A stretch of DNA of 64,000 bases from an uncultured Alphaproteobacteria bacterium (GTDB lineage: Bacteria; Pseudomonadota; Alphaproteobacteria; Rhizobiales; Rhizobiaceae), in the NCBI GenBank assembly GCA_963726065.1, contig CAVSAU010000014.1:2517-66516 (forward strand), in the 5' to 3' direction. A program made the position numbers and the translations under genes. This document shows, piece after piece, positions 10,534-20,365 of the stretch. Position 1 is the stretch's first letter. Every line of letters begins with the position of its first letter. Below the pieces are notes generated by a model. The model did no database searches and was not told where the DNA came from. It saw only the letters and a program-made list of their open reading frames with translations.

Positions 10534-10950
10534 TCATTTATGGTCCGTGCGGATGCACCTGGCGCGTGGTTGGCTATCGTGTTGCCTATCGGCCGCGGAG
10601 CGAGACCACCTCATTGCCATTTTGGTGAGCGAGTCGGCCATGCTGGCCAACGGCGTCCAGAAGTCAGGTACAGGAACAAGCGCAAGTATCAATGCGGCAA
10701 TCCAGAACGCTTGTATGTGGGTGAACAGAGCGAGCAGCGAGAGGACCGCCACCAACTGGAATTGGCGCTGACCTGCGCCGTGGGACATGCGTTCCGGCAA
10801 GGCGTGGAGCCAGAAGTATAAGCTTCCGAGCCCCATGACAGCTAGAACAAGGAAGATCACCACCCCAGTGAACAACACATCGGTTTCGCCAGGGCCTGTT
10901 ATGAACGATGGCAGATAGTGCGGGGCTGCCGGGTGCATTGCCTCGGACAT
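10534..10950 (-). CDS. small membrane protein, DUF3302/YibI-like partner of the HlyD protein
   Basis: FITGPGETDVL, LYFWLHALPERM, ALFTH..AFWIAAL motifs; the C-terminus may be frameshifted. Confidence 0.7.
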   Translation of the reverse strand: MSEAMHPAAPHYLPSFITGPGETDVLFTGVVIFLVLAVMGLGSLYFWLHALPERMSHGAGQRQFQLVAVLSLLALFTHIQAFWIAALILALVPVPDFWTPLASMADSLTKMAMRWSRSAADRQHDSQPRARCIRTDHK

Positions 10951-11383
10951 GCCTTCTCTCCCTCATATGCTCGCGAATTTCGCACCCACACATTTCACGC
11001 GCGAAGTCTTTCGCGCTTTTTGGCAACGATACTCCGACGACGTGCGAATGCAATGGAACAGCCGACTGATATCTAAATTAACCGTATATTACACTTTGGC
11101 ACTGGCATTTCTTGGCCTTTCTCCGGCATTATTCGCCCAATGCAATCAACGTTTGCGGTCGCGCCGCCATTCTATTTTCCATCGTGGGCGGTTCAAGAGG
11201 GAAAAGCATCCGGAGCAGGAATGCCAGAAGTGCAGGAAATTTGAGAAGCCTCTTGCCGTCGCGTGGGTGTTCACTGACAGCTATCGCATTGTGGCTCGCA
11301 GCGGACTTAGTTGCGTGCGATGGACCCAGACATCCGAACGACCGACAACACCGCCGGGCGTGGTCACATGAGCGGGTAACAGC

Positions 11384-11887
11384 ATGGTCGACTGGTTCCC
11401 AAGCACCCTCCGCAGCTATCCCGAAATAGCCATCTTTCTGTCTTTGGCCCTGGGCTATTATTTCGGCTCTTTCACCTACAAAGGCCTTGGCCTTGGCGCG
11501 GTGACCGCAACCCTTATCGCGGCCGTTATCATCGGTCAGCTCGGCATCACGATTTCGCCGCCGCTCAAGGCAACCGTCTTCCTGATGTTCCTGTTTTCGG
11601 TCGGCTACGGAGTGGGGCCCCAATTCGTTCAGCGACATTGCCACGGATGGCGTGCCACAAGCGCTGTTTGCAGAGTTGTGTGCGTGGTCTGTCTGGCCCC
11701 ACCGTTCCTTGCTGCGAAGGTTGCCCGCTTTGACGTTGGATCCGCTGTGGGACTTTACCCGGATCACAAACGATTTTCGGCATCCATCCTGGCCACCGAA
11801 TTGATCAATCGCCTTGGATTGCCGCCGGACGAAAAAGCCCTTGATGTGGGACCTAGGTCCCATCGACGCCAACCCATTTTTACTTAA
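11384..11887 (+). pseudogene. N-terminal remnant of an AspT/AAE-family antiporter (frameshifted, truncated)
   Basis: [14 protein letters not shown]...[17 protein letters not shown]...[14 protein letters not shown] matches the N-terminus of 14741-16432. Confidence 0.85.
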
Positions 11888-11922
11888 CTTTCGCGTCTTC
11901 CGTTAGGGAAGGGAGCAGTGAG

Positions 11923-14655
11923 ATGCCGAAACCAACCAAATCATCCGCGCAGCGGATAGACAATTTCCTAGCGATGCAGTCAGGTCGTTCCGATCTCTGG
12001 CGGGATGCGCTGACTGCTGCTCAGGATTGGGCTTCTGGCCATGGCAGCCGCGCCGCCCTCGAGGCAAGCATGGCGGATCTCGCGATCATCGAAGAGTTTC
12101 ATGCCTATCCTGGCGTGCGTTTCATGGGCCAGCTGCGCGAAAAGATTGCGGCTGGAGAGGCAGCCGTCGCCGCAGACATAGTCAGACGGTTCTCTGATGC
12201 AATTCTCACAGGAGCTTATTCGTATCAGGCCGATAGGGCCGAAGCCGGCGACGAAGGCGATGTTTTGCAGGATCTGCTGCCTACCGTGGTTTCTGGTCGT
12301 GAGACCCGGCGTCCTTACTTCGAAGTGCTCATGGTCAGCCCGCAGCCCGCCTCGCGATGGCCGGTGATCATCGCGGAGATGCGCCGTCTTCGTCGCGTCG
12401 AGGATCCGTTTGTCTATGAACCTGTCATCGTCGGCAGCTTCGAGGACGCGCTCTGCGCTGCCATTGTCAATCCAAAGATCCTTTCCGTTATCGTCGCAGA
12501 GGGTGTGCCGTTTCGGTCAAAGCATGAAGCGCCGGTCCTGCGCCGCCTCCTGGACGATACCATTGGCCAGTTGCCGTCAGATGCTTCCGCGTTGAAGCTT
12601 GCCGGTATCCTGAAGGGCCTACGGCCTGATCTCGACATCTATGTCACCACCGACCGCGAAGTGGAGAACCTCGCATCCGATCCGGCTGCCGCCTGCGCCC
12701 GGCGGATATTCTACGCGGTGGAAGAATTTCTGGAACTTCACCTCGCCATTCTCGAGGGCATCCAGGCGCGTTTCGAGACTCCGTTCTTCGACAATCTTAA
12801 GCGCTATGCGCAGCGCCCCATCGGCACCTTCCATGCCCTGCCGATCGCGCGCGGCAAATCAGTGTTCAGCTCGCCGTGGATTCGCGACATGGGCGAGTTC
12901 TACGGCATCAATCTCTTTCTCGCTGAAAGCAGTGCCACAACGGGCGGCCTCGACAGTCTTCTCGAGCCGACCGGCAACATCAAGAAAGCGCAGGAAGCAG
13001 CAGCGCGCGCCTTTGGTGCGGACCACATATTCTTTGTGACCAACGGTACTTCGACCAGTAACAAGATGGTCGTGCAGGCGCTGGTTCAGCCGGGCGACAT
13101 CGTGATCGTCGATCGCAACTGCCACAAGTCGCATCACTATGGGTTGGTGCTCGGTGGCGGCCAGCCGCTCTACGTCGAGGCTTTCCCCCTCACCCAATAT
13201 TCGATGTATGGCGCAGTGCCGCTCGAGGCGATTAAGAAGGCGCTGCTAGACCTGCGCGATGAGGGTCGCCTCGATCGCGTGCGCATGCTCGATTTAACGA
13301 ACTGCACCTTCGACGGCCATATGTACAACACCCGGCGCGTCATGGAGGAATGCCTCGCGATCAAGCCGGACCTGATCTTCCTGTGGGATGAGGCATGGTC
13401 AGGCTTTGCTCGGTGGTCGCCGTTCCTGCGCCCGCGCACAGGCATGGGTGCAGCTGCCGCAATCGAAGAGTGGTTGATTGATGCAGCCTCCGTCACCGCT
13501 TACGAGAAGCAGCAGAAGGAACTCGGCTCCAAGCCTTCGCGCGCAAAGCTGATGGCGACACGGCTCATCCCCGATCCAAGACAGGTTCGGCTGCGCGTGT
13601 ACCAGACCAATTCCACCCACAAGTCGATGTCTGCAATTCGGCAGGGATCAATGGTGCTGGTCAAGGACGTGGACTTCGGGTCGGTTGAAAGCCAATTCCA
13701 TGAAGCGGTCTTCACGCACGCGTCCACCAGCCCCAACCAACAGCTGATCGCCAGTCTTGACGTGGCGCGGCGCCAGATGGAACTCGAAGGCTACGGCCTC
13801 GTAATGAACGCGATCTCGATCGCGCTGAAGATTCGGACCATCATCAATTCGCATCCGATCATTTCCAAGTATTTCAAAGTGCTCGGCGCCAACGAGCTAA
13901 TTCCCGATGCTTTCCGGCAGTCGGGCTTCGTAGACTATCTGAAGCCCGGCGTGAGCTGGGCCGATGTAGTCAAGTCAATGCGCGAGGATGAGTTCTACCT
14001 CGACCCGACCCGCTTGACGCTTGTTTGCGGCACCGCCGGTTTCGACGGAACGCAGTTCAAGGGCCTGCTGGCAAGTCGCTTCAATATCCAGGTCAACAAG
14101 ACCTCGCGCAACTCCGTATTGCTGCAGTCAAACATCAACAACACGCGCAGCGACATCGCCCATCTGGTCCGCGTCCTCGTCGAAGTCTGCGACGAGATTG
14201 AGGAGCGCCTGAAGAGCGGCGGCGACGGTGCGCGACAAACCTTCGCGGCGCGAACCAAGAGCTTGATGCACGACGTGCCGGATCTGCCCAACTTCAGCCG
14301 CTTCCACGATGCATTCAGGGGCAACGCCGGCAAGTCAACGAACGAAGGCGATATGCGCACGGCTTTCTTCATGGCCTATGACGAGAAGTTATGCGAGTAC
14401 GTGCCGCTAAACAGCCCCGAGATAAACAAGCGGCTGGAGAAAGGTCCCGCCCTCGTATCGGCAAACTTCGTCATCCCCTACCCGCCCGGTTTCCCGATAA
14501 TGGTTCCTGGCCAGGTGCTGACGCAGGACACTATCGACTTCATGCGCAAGCTCGATGTGAAGGAAATCCATGGGTATGAGGCCGCGAAGGGCCTGAAGCT
14601 GATCAGACCCGAAAAGCTGGGCGGCAAGTCAGCAACGACAAAGAGGGTCAAGTAG
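11923..14655 (+). CDS. large PLP-dependent Orn/Lys/Arg decarboxylase-family protein (910 aa), substrate unknown
   Basis: LDSLLEPTG, FFVTNGTSTSNK, DRNCHKSHHY, TNCTFDG, WDEAW, STHKS (PLP Lys), HASTSP, VIPYPPGFP motifs. Confidence 0.9.
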   Translation: MPKPTKSSAQRIDNFLAMQSGRSDLWRDALTAAQDWASGHGSRAALEASMADLAIIEEFHAYPGVRFMGQLREKIAAGEAAVAADIVRRFSDAILTGAYSYQADRAEAGDEGDVLQDLLPTVVSGRETRRPYFEVLMVSPQPASRWPVIIAEMRRLRRVEDPFVYEPVIVGSFEDALCAAIVNPKILSVIVAEGVPFRSKHEAPVLRRLLDDTIGQLPSDASALKLAGILKGLRPDLDIYVTTDREVENLASDPAAACARRIFYAVEEFLELHLAILEGIQARFETPFFDNLKRYAQRPIGTFHALPIARGKSVFSSPWIRDMGEFYGINLFLAESSATTGGLDSLLEPTGNIKKAQEAAARAFGADHIFFVTNGTSTSNKMVVQALVQPGDIVIVDRNCHKSHHYGLVLGGGQPLYVEAFPLTQYSMYGAVPLEAIKKALLDLRDEGRLDRVRMLDLTNCTFDGHMYNTRRVMEECLAIKPDLIFLWDEAWSGFARWSPFLRPRTGMGAAAAIEEWLIDAASVTAYEKQQKELGSKPSRAKLMATRLIPDPRQVRLRVYQTNSTHKSMSAIRQGSMVLVKDVDFGSVESQFHEAVFTHASTSPNQQLIASLDVARRQMELEGYGLVMNAISIALKIRTIINSHPIISKYFKVLGANELIPDAFRQSGFVDYLKPGVSWADVVKSMREDEFYLDPTRLTLVCGTAGFDGTQFKGLLASRFNIQVNKTSRNSVLLQSNINNTRSDIAHLVRVLVEVCDEIEERLKSGGDGARQTFAARTKSLMHDVPDLPNFSRFHDAFRGNAGKSTNEGDMRTAFFMAYDEKLCEYVPLNSPEINKRLEKGPALVSANFVIPYPPGFPIMVPGQVLTQDTIDFMRKLDVKEIHGYEAAKGLKLIRPEKLGGKSATTKRVK

Positions 14656-14740
14656 GCACAAGCTCATCAGTAGGATCATGCCGTGAGCATTCGGATCTCC
14701 CGGAAGCACGGGATGGCAATCAGAAAATGGGGATGACGCC

Positions 14741-16432
14741 ATGTGGAGCTACATTACCGACACTCTTCGCGCCAATCCACAGTTAGCGATCTTTTTCACG
14801 CTCGCGGTGGGTTACTGGATCGGCACACGCAAATTCGGCAGCTTCAGCCTAGGCGCGGTAACAGGTACGCTTCTCGCCGGTGTCGTGATCGGCCAGATCG
14901 GCATCGAAATCTCAGGCCAGGTGAAGTCTGTCTTCTTCATCCTTTTCCTCTTCGCGGTCGGCTTTGGTGTCGGTCCGCAGTTCGTGCGGGGGATCGCGAC
15001 GGATGGGGCGCCGCAGGCACTGTTTGCGGTCGTCGTTTCGGTCCTGTGTCTGCTGGTGGTCTATGTGGCGGCAATCGTTTCCGGGTACGGTCCGGGCCTA
15101 GCGGCCGGCCTGCTTGCCGGCGCCCAGACGATCTCAGCTTCGATAGGGCTCGCAACCGATGCGATCAATCAGCTTGGTCTGCCTGGCGAAGATGCCAAGA
15201 AGCAGCTTGACCTCATCCCCGTCGCCTACGCAATCACCTATCTCTTTGGAACGATCGGGACCGGCTGGATCCTCGCCTTTCTCGGCCCGAAGATGCTGGG
15301 CGTCGACATCGCCGAAGCCTGTGCGCGCTACGAGCGCGACGTTCTCGGCGGCGCGACGAAGGATGCCGATATGATGAGCGCATGGCGGATGCGCGAGGCC
15401 CGCGCATACCGCATTCGCGAAAAGGGTTTGGCAGCTGGCAAGAGCATCGCCCAGGCCGAGGGCATAGCGGGCGGCGAGCGCATTTTCGTGGAGCGGCTTC
15501 GCCGCGATGGCGAGATAGTGCCGCACAATCCGGACACCGTGCTCAAGGCCGGCGATATCATTGCCGTTTCCGGCCGCCGCGAAGTGCTCGTCAACACGCT
15601 CGGCGAAGGCGAGGAAGTCGAAGATCGCGAGGTGCTCGACATTCCGATCGAAGCAGTAGATGTCCTCATCACGTCGAAGGCGCTAGATGGCCGCGAACTC
15701 GTTTCGCTCGCAAAGGAACCCTACACGCGGGGCGTCTACCTAAACTCCATTCGTCGTGGCTCGGCGGCGGTGAACATCCCCGTACTGCCGAAGACGAAAA
15801 TCAACCGCGGCGATATCGTGCGCGTCTCCGGATCAAAGGCGCAAATTAACCGGTTCGTAGCGGAGGTCGGTTATGCCGATCGGCCGCAGACGGTCACCGA
15901 CATGGTGCTGGTTGGCCTCGCCATCATGATCGGCGGCCTGATCGGTGCCGCGGTCCTGCCCATCGGGGGCGTCCCGATCACGCTCAGCACATCAGGTGGA
16001 GCGCTGATTGCCGGCATCTTTGTCGGCTGGTTGCGTACCGTGAAGCCGCAGATTGGCAACATCCCGCAACCGACGCTCTGGTTCATGAACTCGGTCGGCC
16101 TCAATGTCTTCATCGCCATCGTCGGCATCACTTCAGGCCCCACATTCATCGCGGGTCTCAAGGAAGCGGGTTTCGCCCTCTTCTTCTGGGGCATTTTCGC
16201 GACATCGGTGCCAATGCTGCTCGCGCCGTACATCGGCAAGTACATCTTTCGCTTCCACGACGCGATCAACCTCGGCTGCTGCGGCGGCGCAAGAACTTCC
16301 ACCGCGTCGGTCGCGATGGTCGGCGAAGTGGCTAAGAGCGACGTGCCGATGCTCGGTTACACCGTCCCTTACGCCGTGAGCAACACGCTGCTTACACTAT
16401 GGGGACTGATCATCGTCCTGATGGTCACGTAA
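14741..16432 (+). CDS. aspT: aspartate:alanine antiporter (AAE family) with TrkA_C domains
   Basis: Duplicated membrane domains around a cytoplasmic RCK_C region; VGPQF, GARTSTA, GYTVPYAV motifs; directly upstream of aspD. Confidence 0.9.
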   Translation: MWSYITDTLRANPQLAIFFTLAVGYWIGTRKFGSFSLGAVTGTLLAGVVIGQIGIEISGQVKSVFFILFLFAVGFGVGPQFVRGIATDGAPQALFAVVVSVLCLLVVYVAAIVSGYGPGLAAGLLAGAQTISASIGLATDAINQLGLPGEDAKKQLDLIPVAYAITYLFGTIGTGWILAFLGPKMLGVDIAEACARYERDVLGGATKDADMMSAWRMREARAYRIREKGLAAGKSIAQAEGIAGGERIFVERLRRDGEIVPHNPDTVLKAGDIIAVSGRREVLVNTLGEGEEVEDREVLDIPIEAVDVLITSKALDGRELVSLAKEPYTRGVYLNSIRRGSAAVNIPVLPKTKINRGDIVRVSGSKAQINRFVAEVGYADRPQTVTDMVLVGLAIMIGGLIGAAVLPIGGVPITLSTSGGALIAGIFVGWLRTVKPQIGNIPQPTLWFMNSVGLNVFIAIVGITSGPTFIAGLKEAGFALFFWGIFATSVPMLLAPYIGKYIFRFHDAINLGCCGGARTSTASVAMVGEVAKSDVPMLGYTVPYAVSNTLLTLWGLIIVLMVT

Positions 16433-16481
16433 GCGGGACAGCGATTGTCCATCGTAGGGAGACGCGTGAAGGAAGGAAGCC

Positions 16482-18095
16482 ATGACTGATCTGTTGACAC
16501 TTCGCAAATTTGAATCTCTCGGCCCGTTCGAGATCAAGAACGAGCTGATAAGTCTAGCCAAGGAAACTTCTCGGACCACGCAGTCTGCGTTCCTCAATGC
16601 CGGTCGCGGCAATCCCAATTGGATCGCGACCGAGCCGCGTAGCTCCTTCTTCTTGCTTGGCCAGTTCGCGATCACCGAGAGCCAGCGCGTCATGGACATC
16701 TCCCCTGGAATTGGCGGGATGCCGGCGGCGAAAGCCATCGCTTCGCGGCTCGATGCCTGGCTTGCAAAGCACGAGGACATGCCTGGCGCCGCCCTGTTGT
16801 CAGAGATGGTGCAATTTGCGGTAAAGAAATTCTCGTTCGATCGCGATGCCTTCGTCCACGAGCTGGTCAACTCAATAATCGGCGATAACTATCCGGTACC
16901 TGACCGCATGCTCGTCCATAACGAGCAGATCGTGCACGAGTACTTAATGTGGGCGATGTGCGGTGAGCCGCGCCCATCCGGCAAGTTCGATCTCTACGCG
17001 GTCGAGGGCGGTACGGCCGCCATGTGTTACATATTCAAATCGCTGAAAGCAAACCGGCTGCTCTTCCCCGGCGATACGATTGCGCTCGGCACACCGATCT
17101 TCACGCCCTACCTCGAGATGACGCATCTCGAAGACTACGCCCTCAAGGTCGTGAACATCGCCGCACCGCAGGAAAATCGGTTCCAATACACCGACGAGGA
17201 GATCAAGAAGCTCGAGGACCCCAAGATCAAGGCGTTCTTCATAGTCAATCCAGGCAACCCCAGTGGCATGGGGATGAGCAAGGAAACGATGGCCAAAATC
17301 GTCAATCTGGTGAAGACGAAGCGGCCGGACCTGATGCTTCTGACCGACGACGTCTATGGAACCTTCGTCAACGATTTCCGCTCCCTGCTCGGCGAGCTCC
17401 CGTACAACACGATCGGCGTCTACTCCTATTCGAAATATTTTGGCTGCACCGGCTGGCGGCTCGGCGTGATCGCGACCCACGAGAACAACATCTACGACGA
17501 TATGATAGCCAAACTGCCAAGCGAGCATCTGAAGGCCCTGGACAAGCGCTATGGGCCGATCACGCTTGAGCCTCGCAAGTTCAAGTTCATCGATCGGATC
17601 GTCGCCGACAGTCGCGATATCGGCCTCAACCATACCGCTGGGCTATCCTTGCCTCAGCAGGTGATGATGACGATGTTTTCGCTTTACGAACTCATGGACG
17701 AAGAGAAGGCATATCAGAAGGCATGCATGGACATCGTGAGCAAGCGCTTCTGGTCTCTGGTCAATGGGCTTGGGCTCGAGCTTGACCCTAACGCCAGCTA
17801 TGACGCCTATTATGGCTTGATCGACTTCGAGTTCTGGGCACGCAAGAACATCGGCGACGAGGCTGTCGACTACCTGAAGAAAAACATCCATCCACTCGAT
17901 CTCGCGTTCCGCCTGGCAGAGGATCACGGAATTGTACTGTTGAACGGCGGCGGGTTCGAAGCGCCCCAGTGGTCAATGCGCGTCTCTTTGGCCAACCTAC
18001 CGGATGAGGCATACACGGACATCGGAAGAGGTGTGCGAACCATTGCGCGCGGCTATCGCGATGTCTACGAGGCGTCGAAGGCGGCAACGAAATGA
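16482..18095 (+). CDS. aspD: aspartate 4-decarboxylase (bifunctional aspartate transaminase)
   Basis: LNAGRGNPNW, EGGTAAMCY, TDDVYGTF, SYSKYFGCTGWRLG, LNHTAGLS motifs. Confidence 0.93.
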   Translation: MTDLLTLRKFESLGPFEIKNELISLAKETSRTTQSAFLNAGRGNPNWIATEPRSSFFLLGQFAITESQRVMDISPGIGGMPAAKAIASRLDAWLAKHEDMPGAALLSEMVQFAVKKFSFDRDAFVHELVNSIIGDNYPVPDRMLVHNEQIVHEYLMWAMCGEPRPSGKFDLYAVEGGTAAMCYIFKSLKANRLLFPGDTIALGTPIFTPYLEMTHLEDYALKVVNIAAPQENRFQYTDEEIKKLEDPKIKAFFIVNPGNPSGMGMSKETMAKIVNLVKTKRPDLMLLTDDVYGTFVNDFRSLLGELPYNTIGVYSYSKYFGCTGWRLGVIATHENNIYDDMIAKLPSEHLKALDKRYGPITLEPRKFKFIDRIVADSRDIGLNHTAGLSLPQQVMMTMFSLYELMDEEKAYQKACMDIVSKRFWSLVNGLGLELDPNASYDAYYGLIDFEFWARKNIGDEAVDYLKKNIHPLDLAFRLAEDHGIVLLNGGGFEAPQWSMRVSLANLPDEAYTDIGRGVRTIARGYRDVYEASKAATK

Positions 18096-18188
18096 CGGGG
18101 CTCGATGCTGTCCTGAATGGAGCAATTCCTCGTCCGGTATCCCGTGCTGGCGTTGATTCTTGCTATCGCCGCTGGCACATTCTCGCCG

Positions 18189-18569
18189 ATGCGAAAACAC
18201 CTCCTTACGGTTTCAATTGTCGACGACGAACCGTCGGTTCGCGAGGCGTTGGTAAGGTTGCTTAGGGCGCAGTCCATCAATACCCCGGATTTCGCATCAG
18301 GGGCAGATTTTATTCGCTCGCTTCAGGACGGATTGCCTGACTGCTTGGTGGTCGATTTCCATATGCCAGAAATGACAGGGTTGGAGCTTCAGCAGCATCT
18401 TCGGCGAGAGGGCGCGCACATCCCCACAGTCGTCATTACAGCCCACGACGACGTGACGATACGCCATCTATGCCAAGAAGCCGGGGCCAAGTCCTTCCTC
18501 ATAAAGCCTCTCGAGAACGCAGTACTCGTCAACGCTATAAAAAGCGCAGTGGAGGACAGAGCGGAATGA
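18189..18569 (+). CDS. single-domain response regulator (FixT-like)
   Basis: IVDDEPSVREAL...PDCLVVDFHMPEMTG...VITAHDD...FLIKP; no output domain. Confidence 0.85.
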   Translation: MRKHLLTVSIVDDEPSVREALVRLLRAQSINTPDFASGADFIRSLQDGLPDCLVVDFHMPEMTGLELQQHLRREGAHIPTVVITAHDDVTIRHLCQEAGAKSFLIKPLENAVLVNAIKSAVEDRAE

Positions 18570-18716
18570 CTGCCCTTGCTAAAGGCGATGTTGGTGCGCA
18601 CTGCGGGCGCCGGCTCCGCTTTGGCCGTAAACGCCTAGGCCTGCTACGCCTCGTGGCAAGAGTTAGAAGCGAGAGTATATCGAAACTATTGCTTCCGCAT
18701 TGGCGGTCGGCTGGGG

Positions 18717-19808
18717 ATGATTATGGATAGGATATTCAGAGAAATTCGATCTGCGCCCTTGCTGTGGCTGCTGGCTTTTGTCCCTCTGGTCTTACTCGGA
18801 GAGGTACTTTGGCCCGAGCGCCACACTCTGCTTTTCCTCCTCTCGGTTCTTGCCATCATCCCGCTTGCAACTCTGCTGAGCCGAGCGACAGAATCGATAG
18901 CCGAGCGTACGGGCGATGCAGTCGGCGGGCTACTGAACGCGACCCTCGGCAATTTGACGGAGCTTGTTATTGCGCTCACGGCTCTTCAAGCAGGCCAGTA
19001 TCTGTTGGTAAAGGCTTCAATCGCTGGCGCCATCGTTACCAATACACTTTTCATGCTGGGCGGCGCGTTTCTCATCGGTGGGCTCCGGCATCACGAGCAG
19101 CAGTTTAATCGTGTGAACGCCCGCTTTCACTCGGGCCTCCTTTTCCTTGCGACTGTTGCCTTGCTCATGCCTTCGCTCGTCGCCCAGGTCGACGGCCGGG
19201 AAGGGGTCACTCAATCGCTGAGCATAGGGCTCGCGGCGCTCCTCATCGTTGCCTACGCGCTTTCGATGGTATTTTCCCTGAAGACACACAAGGAAGCCTT
19301 CGCGAGCGTCGGCCATGGTGAGGCTGGAGAGGCAGTCTGGCCATTGCCTGTCGCGGCAGGCATCTTGGCTTTGGTTACGGTGCTCGTTGCTCTCGTCAGC
19401 CACATCTTCGTCGCATCGGTACAACAAGCGGCAGAAACGCTCGGTATGTCGCCGGCCTTCGTTGGCTTTGTGGTGGTCGCAATCGTCGGGGCCGCCGCGG
19501 AAATCGCGTCGGCCTTCTCGGCAGCCGCAAAGGATCGTCTCGACCTGAGCGTCAGTATTGCACTCGGCAGCGCAGCCCAGATCGCGCTTTTTGTTGCGCC
19601 GCTGTTAGTCGTACTGAGCTATTTCGTTGGACCTGCGCCGATGAACCTTCAGTTCTGGCCGGGTGCCATTGTGATGATGCTTTTCGCGACTATGGCGGCA
19701 ACGTTGATGACCAACAGTGGGCGATCCGCTTGGTTTGTGGGCGTCATGATCCTCATGGTCTACGTGATCTTCGCAATGACTCTGTTCCTGCTCCCACCTG
19801 CAGCATGA
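18717..19808 (+). CDS. cax: calcium/proton exchanger (CAX family)
   Basis: GGLLNATLGNLTE, ASIAGAIVTNTLF, SLKTHK, IALGSAAQIALFVAP alpha-repeat motifs. Confidence 0.9.
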   Translation: MIMDRIFREIRSAPLLWLLAFVPLVLLGEVLWPERHTLLFLLSVLAIIPLATLLSRATESIAERTGDAVGGLLNATLGNLTELVIALTALQAGQYLLVKASIAGAIVTNTLFMLGGAFLIGGLRHHEQQFNRVNARFHSGLLFLATVALLMPSLVAQVDGREGVTQSLSIGLAALLIVAYALSMVFSLKTHKEAFASVGHGEAGEAVWPLPVAAGILALVTVLVALVSHIFVASVQQAAETLGMSPAFVGFVVVAIVGAAAEIASAFSAAAKDRLDLSVSIALGSAAQIALFVAPLLVVLSYFVGPAPMNLQFWPGAIVMMLFATMAATLMTNSGRSAWFVGVMILMVYVIFAMTLFLLPPAA

Positions 19809-19930
19809 CGATGGAAGGTGCGCTCATCGAGGTCTTCTGCCTGCATGCACGTGTCTCGCATCGCGCATTTGGGCTTCCCCGTCTCAAGTTCACCGAGAGC
19901 GAGACGGTATGGCCACATAAGATCTCAAGG

Positions 19931-19996
19931 AAGAATATTCTCGACGACTTGATCGCCAAGCTACCGGCCAAAGAGTTGGAAGCGCTCGACAAGCGT
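19931..19996 (+). pseudogene. short remnant of a second aspD paralog
   Basis: KNILDDLIAKLPAKELEALDKR versus AspD NNIYDDMIAKLPSEHLKALDKR. Confidence 0.65.
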
Positions 19997-20237
19997 AGCC
20001 GTCGCCGTAATCATTGCAGCTCCACGGCACGGTTTGCAGCCTGTCTCGACCAGGCATGCGTTGCTTGCAAGCATTTAGGAAGTCTCGCCGAGGGAACCGC
20101 AGGACCACCAATCATCAGCAATATTAAGAAGTGGTCTCGGACGAGACCAAAAAAGCCGGCCCACTGGGGTCCGGCATTGTTTGAAGGCTGATAACCTCCA
20201 GAAGGGAACAGCGAGCGCAAAGGGAGGAGAACGCTCG

Positions 20238-20365
20238 CTAGTGTCGTGATTTCGAAGTTCGCTTGATTTCGAGATCGCGCTTGGAGCGAACTTCGAAATC
20301 AAAACGACACTAGGAATCAATAAGTTGCTAGTGTCCTCCGATTCTGAAGTTAATCGGGACACTAG
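20238..20365. repeat. bipartite palindromic intergenic element (RIME/MITE-like, CTAGTGTC...GACACTAG ends)
   Basis: Unit 1 (20238-20313): CTAGTGTCGT-GATTTCGAAGTTCGCT...AGCGAACTTCGAAATC-ACGACACTAG; unit 2 (20328-20365): CTAGTGTCC..CCGATT...AATCGG-GACACTAG. Confidence 0.75.
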
